A DNA stretch of 64,000 nt, taken from the NCBI GenBank assembly GCA_020137815.1, contig CM035358.1, positions 1,240,001 to 1,304,000 on the forward strand. The letters are read 5' to 3'. The translations under genes were made by a program, and so were the position numbers. Shown here in pieces: positions 56,501 to 64,000 of the stretch. How positions within the stretch are numbered: position 1 is the stretch's first letter; every line of letters starts with the position of its first letter. The stretch is from Hormiphora californensis. Taxonomy: Eukaryota; Animalia; Ctenophora. The notes under the pieces are model-generated. The model searched no databases. It was not told where the DNA came from and worked only from the letters and a program-made list of their open reading frames with translations.

Positions 56501-59500
56501 AACAAGAGGGGAGTTAGATATGACCAAATAAGGGCGTCACGTGACTGAACCAGTCAACCTGAACAATGGGGAGTTAGATATGACCAAATAACGGTGTCAC
56601 GTGACTGAACCAGTCAACCTGAACAATGGGGAGTTAGATATGACCAAATAAGGGTGTCACGTGACTAAAACAAGGAGGAGGGTTGGTTAGATGACGGTGT
56701 GTTTCCTTGAAGGAAGGTATGGAAACTCGGGGTGTGTCAAGAACTGGTTTGTTGTTATTTGAAGATAAGAAGGTTCCCACAAACGTTTAAAATTCACATG
56801 CTCGCGTGGGCTTCGAGTTTATCAAATTAAAACAAGTGAGTCCTTGTGAGTCACTTGTTTTAATTTGTCCCCTGCTCCACTTGAGCGCCATATTTGCTTG
56901 AAAGAGAGATTACATCACCAAATATTTACTATTTAGATTTTAGTGGGGTTGCTATTTATATACCTGGACATCAGGGGTTCCCCTAACTCGAGTCCTCAGC
57001 AACGCTTCACTCTCAGGGTAAGCCCTGACAACCTCAGGGGGCGTGGGATCAAAGTAGGGAGCCTGACCACTCTCTTCCACTAACACCTCACTAATAGTTG
57101 TGTCTCCTCCCCATTTGTTGGAGACCTTCAGTTTGAGGGTGCCGGGTAGTGTTACAGGGAGAGTGAAGGAGATGACGGCATTGTTAGCGGAGAGCTGCGG
57201 GGGAAGAGATCTCTGGTTAGGGAGCTTAGAAATGAAAATATTCATTGTAAAAACCATCTGTAGAGGTTACCAAGGTAATTTGAATCTCATGCATCTGGCT
57301 GGTAAAAGTTATCTTTAGTTATAATTTTAGTACCGTTTTCACAGCGAACTGAGCGTCTTCAGCTAGATCCATGATACCACTATCCCCAGTTAGAGTCAGC
57401 TCCATATCTAGATCTGTTAGGGGCTCCCCTGTTACCCTTATGTCAAGTTGGGTAAGTGCCGCACCCTGGGCTGTGTAGATCTCAGTAGGGAGTGGCTCTA
57501 ATATCTTGATAGCTGCAATTAGGGGTCATGTGTTAGTGGCAATAGGGGGATAACGAGTAGGTGTTTATCCTTTTTATAACTTCGGTAATCACCGATGTTA
57601 TATAATAGAGCCACACGAGGACTAACATGTATGATGTAAGAGAGTAACGTGCAACATGTTAGAAACAACACCAGTTTCTGTGGCTCTGGTTCACCCAATA
57701 CCATGCTAAAGCGCGTTCTAGCTATTACACCCATGATAGCAAATGCCCAACACCCGTTCTAGTCTTGGTATCGAAGACACCTCACACTCTGTGCGACCTT
57801 CGCGCGCGCTGGCAAGGGGTAACTTCGTAACCAAGTTCTAGTCGTTCTACTCACGTTGCGATTCCTTCGCCTCCTCAGTGGGTTGTATGAAGTTATCAGC
57901 AGTGGTACTGGTCTCTCCATAGAACTGGAGTCTGAAGGTGTGCTCTACCGGACTGCCAACACCATTGTTTGCTATAATCCTGTAGTCACCACTCATCTCT
58001 TCCTGCAGAGATATATGAGATCTTTATTAGTTGTTGTAACATGTATAAATTAGAGTGTTTTGGACTTGGTATAGTGGAGAGTTGGGACTTGTATTGTTAA
58101 TCAATATTACATGACCGCGTGTTTTGGAAACAAGCCACATCAAATGTGAACCCGTTATTATTCTCTCAGCTGGGAAAGAGTCAACACTAGAGGTAAGAGA
58201 ATAGGTTATTGACATGATAAAGGAGCTCACTGTCTATTATGTACCAGACCCTTCCAATTGGGAGCATTGATCAGGAGGGATGACTATTCGTAAATATTAT
58301 CAGTGATTATTCATAAAATGAAAGCTTGTTGGGATGTCATGAATAATAATCTGGAATAAAGCATGAGAAACTAAAATAACAAAGAATATTATATGAGACT
58401 ATGCAGAACCCAGTACAGTAGATACTATATTAGACTGGTAAAATAACGTACAGTAAACCCGTCAAGGGGCAGTCGGTATCGAGTAGTTTCCTTATCCATT
58501 GGAGTCACTACTCCATCACCCATTAATCGACCGTTCTGGTCCAACACGTAGATGTTACTAACAGGCACACCTGGGAGGGGTTAGGTGGTTAGGTGGGTAG
58601 GGGGTTAGGTGTAGGCGGTTAGGTGTATGTGGTTAGGTGTAGGTGGTTAGGTGGTTAGGTGTAGGTGGTTAGGTGTAGGGTGGTTAGGTGTAGGGTGGTT
58701 AGGTGTAGGTGGTTAGGTGTAGGGGGTTAGGTGTAGGGGTTAGGTGTAGGGGGTTAGGTGTAGGGGTTAGGTGTAGGGGGTTAGGTGTAGGGGGTGGTTT
58801 TGCTGGTAACACGGGGGAGATAATTATCAAGGATGAGGAAAGTTGGTTTGAAAATACATTTCGAAAACAATTTCGGGCAAAATTCACCGGACAATAACAA
58901 TATGAGATGTCTTACTTGAGATAGTTGCTGCAATGATATGTCTCTCTCCCTGGTATAGAAGTGCATTCTCTGGTGCCTCAACAAACACAGGGGACCTCCT
59001 AGCCAAACTGTGAGAGGGGGGTGTTAGCATAGCGTGTAGAGTATTGTACTTCGAGTAATGATTTTAGCTGTAGTTTATTATGGAGAAATGACGCTAACAT
59101 CATGTTATAGTCGACTAGGTGAAAGTCAAACTGTTTCAGCCCCAACCTATAATTATACTAATATAGGATACTTACTCGATATTAAGCGTTCCCCGGCTGC
59201 TCACAGTTCCTAACTCATTAGTTGCCACCGCCAGATAATCAGCCACATCAGCCACATCGAATGAGTCAATCACGTGGTTATAGGTGGTACTACCGTCGGT
59301 TGTATCAGAAGCAATGATGGGAATGGTGTCACCGGTTATGGTGTTACGGAGTGTCACCTCTGGCTTAGGAACACCTGCAGAGAAGGGAGGGTGTTAGTGT
59401 CACCTTGGTTACGTGAATCTGTTATTAGTACAGTGTTAGCTGTAGGATGTAGGAAGGGTGTTAGAAGCAGATCTGGAAAAATTCGGCTGGACGAGTCGGA

Positions 59501-62500
59501 AAGAGCGATTCTACAAATGAAAGGGAAATTCTAGGAAATATAGCAGTTGTCTACAGAGATCCGTGTGTTGAGAAACTAACGGGTAAATAGTTTATAGCTG
59601 ATCCAGCGTGGCCGAGAGAAGAAGAAGAGAGAAGAGGGGTAGTGCTAGAGAGAGAGTAAAGGAGGAAGAACAATTTGAGTTCCTTGAAATTCGAAATGTG
59701 TAGGTCCCAGCTCTCTTAGTGAGACCCGGAGAGGCCCTAAATCTCATAGCTCAGCCAATATCACGTACACCCTGAGTAATTGATCTTGTAGCAGGCTTAT
59801 AGATCGTAATAGATTCGTTCGTCGCTTGTTTATGATTGCTTGTTTAGACAAGATTCGCATATACCAGACGATCTTCCCACATATCCATGTGTGTACCTAT
59901 GTTGTGTGAGTCTTTGCCGCGTTGTTTACATATGCTGTTACATAGCTCTGCACAGAGGATATATTATCAACAGATGTTATAGATGTGCAGCTGTGATTCG
60001 ATTTAGTTAGTGTCAGGGTTGAGATCAAATAGCTGTAATTCAATCTTGATAATATGTGTATGGAAAATGGGCTCTATTGAATCGATATAGGAAGACCTAA
60101 TCAGACCACCGAACACGTGTCTACACACACGAGCCATGTGTAATAACACACTCCAAGATATGTCCTATATGGTTTTGTTATTGTAGACAGGTTGTGTTTC
60201 ATCTCGTCTCTACAAGATAACTACTGGCTCTATCTGGCCACAAGAGAGGCCCAGGTCCCTAGATAACAAGCAGTCTCTAATTTCTAAACCCATTTTTATA
60301 CGACCCTTCTTTTTCTCTGTCTTGTCTCACAGCTTTACATTTGCGTTGCTTGCTTCTTGATCGATCTTTCGAGAGCTTAGTTTGTATCTTAACTTTTCAC
60401 TCTTATCTACTATGATACTCACTCTTATCTCCCACACCAGGCACCATGACAAAAGACATCACCCCACCTCCCTCGACTACTGAAGATGACGAACTGCCCC
60501 TCCTTGCTGGATCACTCCCTTTAGATCCCCCTAGAACACCACCTCTCTTCACTAAATCCCTGCCTGTACCCTCCTGCAAACACCACTTCTCCAAATATCT
60601 CCTCCCAACAACCCTTCTGGAAGAGGTCTACAACACCCACACAGGGTTCGGTCTGGCCCAGATTCTCTGCTACTGCCTGGTAGGGATGATCCCTCTCTCG
60701 GGCACATTCCAACTGACAGTAATCTCCGTTCTGATTCCCGTTCTACGATGTGATTGGAGTCTAAACCCCCACTTTGAAGCGGCTATTACCGTCTCTGTGT
60801 TTGGCTCCTGCGCCCTCACCGCTCTTCTCCTCTCCAAGTTATCTGATCAGTACGGTAGGAGGCGGGTTGTCATGGTAGCAACGGTTGTCATGATGTTAGG
60901 TGTCATTATGGGTGTCACGTCACCCAACAAATGGGTGTTCCTGGCTGGTAGAGTGGTGGTGGGAGCGTGTGTGGGTGTCAACTCTAGCATTGTGATTTGT
61001 TATGCTACAGAGTATGCAAGTAGCAGGTGGCGGACTATTGGTGTAACTGTTCTTATATCAGCCATGTTCCTGAGTGTATTTCTAGTGAACCTACTGGCAT
61101 GGTTTGCACTCAACACTATTGGATGGAGATGGTTCCTTGTCCTTGTTTCAACCCCCCTCATCCCACTACTAATCCTGGTTTCCTTCCTCCCTGAATCTCC
61201 TAGGTATCTGGTGGTGTCAGGGCAGTCTGATCGTGCACTGGCTGCTCTCTCCTGGCTAGCTAAGATGAACTCTCGATCCCTTCCCCCTAACTCTAGCATG
61301 TGGTGTGTTATGGTAACGCTGAACTGGGCAGGTTTAGGGAGCTGTTCTCACCCAGATATCGGCGTGCCACAATCGCCCTTGCCATCTCCTACGCCTCAAA
61401 CATCTTCCTGGAGTTCGGTCTTGTCCTCCTCCTCCCTCTACTCTTCAACACTGGTCTGTGTGGCGGTGGAGCAGGGAAAGTACCGACACACAGCTGCAGC
61501 CCTCTATCCAGTGACGACCTCCAGAAACTAACAATATCAGCAGGAGCCTCACTTGTGGGGACCGGGTTAGCAGTGGTTAGTGCTCAGTCTGTGGGACGAC
61601 TCCTCCCTCTCCGGCTGTCCAACTTGATAAAGATTATTGTTATGGGGTGTTTCTTTATCTGTGTCAATGAGAACTTTACCCTCGCACTCACATGTCTGAT
61701 TCGGTTAGCTGAGGCTTATGTGAACGTGTTGCTAATGGTCATGATCCCAGAGAGTTTCCCGACTACAATTCGCTCAACTGGTGGTGGGTTTGTCAATGGA
61801 TGCGGCAAGATGGGAGGGGTCTTGGGCACGGGGTGTGTTTATCTCATGTTCTATAGCTCCCCTCACTACCTCCTGGGACTATTTGTGGGTAGTTGTGCGT
61901 TGGGAATGGTAGGGGCACTGTTGTATGAGAGAGAGACTAGGGATATAGTATTGACTGATGTGTAGATAAAGACATTTTCGGAGCTCAGATATCAGAGGAA
62001 GAGAGATATCAGAGAAAATAGATATTTGAGAACTGAACAATTCCGGAAAAGTGATGGATTTTTCCGTGTTATATATGTCACCGTTAATTTTTGTACTTTT
62101 GAATTGTAAACTATAAAGGGGATTATTCTTTTTGCCGCCAGGAATTCTATCTGTTTTACTCTCTTCTTTCTCAGAAAACCTAACTCTGCTATGTCCTAAT
62201 TGGATGTAGAGCCATTTGATACACACTGGGCTCTATACCACATGCGAATAAAAACACTGTGAGCTGTGCGGCCTAGGAGTGGTCGGTGCAGCATACTGTG
62301 TAGACAGAAACCTAAACAAACCTCTCCGCTTCCTGGATAACATTTTAACTGGCCCACTACTTGAACATCTCATATATTCTCTCTTCACTCTACCATGTCT
62401 ACGTGTCCAGTTAAAATCCAGGAAGCGGAGAGGTTTGTTTAGGTTTCTGTCTACACAGTATGCTGCACCGACCAATTGGAAACGCCGCACTGATAACATC

Positions 62501-63817
62501 TCACAAACTAGTCCTACACCTAGATGCGAAACAAGACCCCTAATTGTCCTACCTGATACGACGAATTGTATGGTGTAGGGTCGTCCCTCCTTCACCTGGG
62601 CACTCTGCAGTCCAGTAACAAAGGTGGGTGCTTGGGAAACTGAAACAGAACGACATGTTAGAATGAAACAGCTCACTTTCAGCTTTAACATCTGTGATGA
62701 TAAATGTGAAAAAGCAAAAACCCTGCAGCTTGGTAAACTTCACGCAGTTGAAAAAAGGCAGCTCACTATAAGGTTACACTGTCAGATCAATGCTCTGACC
62801 GCTGTTCTCGAGAATAGGGTCAGCTGCCAATGCTCTGACAGAGGTTACATCACATTCTAAACACCCCAAAAAGTGCAGTCACACAGCTAGTATAAAAAGT
62901 ATAGCTATTCAGCGGATCACTCTCTCACCGATCATGACAATAACACTACAGTACGCCTCTCCAATGGAGTTGTTAGCACGCAATGTATAGACCCCGTTAT
63001 CCCTTGGTAGAGCAGTGTTAGTCACGTGCAGGAAGGAGGGTGTTGTCGTCTTGTTGTCAGGTATCTCCATGGTTACCACAGGAGCACCCCGGTGTGTCCA
63101 TATAAGGTCAGGTGTCGGGTAACCGTACACAAGGGGTGTCAGGAAGAGGGGTTGTCCGTATGGTCGGGATAGGAAGGGGATACAGTCAACTATCGTCGGT
63201 GCTGTGTCAACTGTCGTGTGTTTTTTTGTGTCAGAGGTTGTCATTTTAAACAAAATTTACTCCCAGAAAACCTGTCCTTTCACAAAATAATACCCAGGTT
63301 TTGGGTATATTACACGGTACCAAAATAGTAATTGGTTACCATAGTAACTGATTGGTTATCAAAATAACTGATTGGTTACCATGATAACCACATATCACGC
63401 TCACCTGTAGTGAAGGTCAGATAGGCCTTGGCAGTTACAGTACCGAATGCATTGCTGGCAGTCACCTTGTACCACCCACTATCTGTCACCTATAAGAAAC
63501 ATTGAAAACGGGTGTTATGCTAATAGGAAGATCAATAAGATTTGAGATCAAACATGTATCTGCAGCTGCCTAATAAGATTTCTTGTTTGTTCTTTGATCG
63601 TGCTCCCTCTGGAGGAAGATCTGCCCGACAGGAGGAACGGAGTTAACAAATAGGAGCTGAGAGGGAGGGTACACGATACCTGAGGGTTGGTGAGAGTGAC
63701 AATGGCAGTAGCAGTACTACCACTGGTAACCACTCTATCCGGGTTGAAGAACACCTCCATGGTCTTGGTCAGCTTGGTGACCGTGATCTCGGGGGTTGGG
63801 AGACCAACCGCAGAAAC
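53546..63817 (-). CDS. Large extracellular protein: multiple I-set Ig domains, 4 TSP1 repeats, furin-like site, ITI-heavy-chain-C-like end; 5' end outside the window
   Basis: Ig motifs (DSGWYKVTASNAFG, DNGVYTLRANNSIG, DVADYLAVATNELG); WSxWSxC..CGxG.R.R in 55001-55665; RRKR; ~15 GT-AG exons; stop at 53546. Confidence 0.8.
53842..53998. mobile_element. Tc1/mariner (pogo-like) MITE, TA TSD
   Basis: ta|cagtcggaccccgattta .. taaatcggggtccaactg|ta. Confidence 0.85.
54452..54560. mobile_element. hAT-like MITE, TSD gcaggtag
   Basis: Family TIR and 8-bp TSD. Confidence 0.9.
54722..54829. repeat. 36-bp tandem repeat x3 spanning a splice acceptor
   Basis: agtgtcctgggagagggagggggagatgttagtact x3. Confidence 0.9.
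56006..56666. repeat. 60-bp minisatellite x11 spanning a splice acceptor
   Basis: gaaccagtcaacctgaacaatggggagttagatatgaccaaataagggtgtcacgtgact. Confidence 0.95.
58575..58795. repeat. (ggttaggtgtaggg)n intronic repeat
   Basis: Direct inspection; on the minus strand it is an array of ctaac motifs before an acceptor. Confidence 0.85.
60446..61965 (+). CDS. MFS transporter (SV2/SVOP-like), intronless, nested antisense in an Ig-gene intron; frameshift near 61298
   Basis: LSDQYGRR (MFS motif A), YATEY, IGWRW, LPESPRYL, PESFPTTIRSTG; split across ORFs 60446-61531 and 61300-61965. Confidence 0.88.
62280..62474. mobile_element. Palindromic MITE
   Basis: ~59-bp perfect inverted repeats tggtcggtgcagcatactgtgtagacagaaacc... 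Confidence 0.85.
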
Positions 63818-64000
63818 TGAGGGGGGGGGTTAGCAACTGGGGAGATAGAGGGTTAGAGATTAGTGATGAAAAGACAGACAGAGACGAGAGTGAATATGAA
63901 GAGGAGGTTCCAGCACACACCCAACACACACATTGAGCTGATGCCAGTGTGATTATGGGGGAGGGATAAAAATGTGTATGGCACTAGTCTCGATATGGTA

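Noticed and set aside
56006-56666. CRISPR-like array
   Set aside because: Units are contiguous near-identical 60-mers with no unique spacers, no cas genes, and the context is eukaryotic
58575-58795. True telomere
   Set aside because: Degenerate, short and intronic

Overview
Eukaryotic (animal) genomic DNA with short GT-AG introns, long (AG)n/(CT)n tracts and many palindromic MITEs. It is probably a ctenophore (Pleurobrachia-like), inferred from a 42-nt sequence matching my recollection of the ctenophore spliced leader. The first 14 kb is a transposon nest, apparently inside an intron of an EVI5-like RabGAP gene, and holds an intact CR1/L2-group LINE. That LINE begins with a spliced-leader (SL) copy, and its ORF2 has no AUG and may be reached by a -1 frameshift. 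The rest is gene-dense: EVI5-like, a Pro-rich SAM methyltransferase, a carbohydrate sulfotransferase, a Thr/Lys mucin or glue-like protein, UBXN7, LAP3, Rab24-like, SPTLC1 (hosting an antisense atypical Rho GTPase and tRNA-Ile), a GT31 galactosyltransferase, a small orphan gene, and a large Ig/TSP1/ITI-HC-C-like gene hosting an SVOP-like MFS transporter. Several genes are spaced like operons, with splice acceptors just before the ATG. Several 1-2 nt frameshifts suggest assembly indel errors. Exon coordinates were read by hand and may be off by a few nt.
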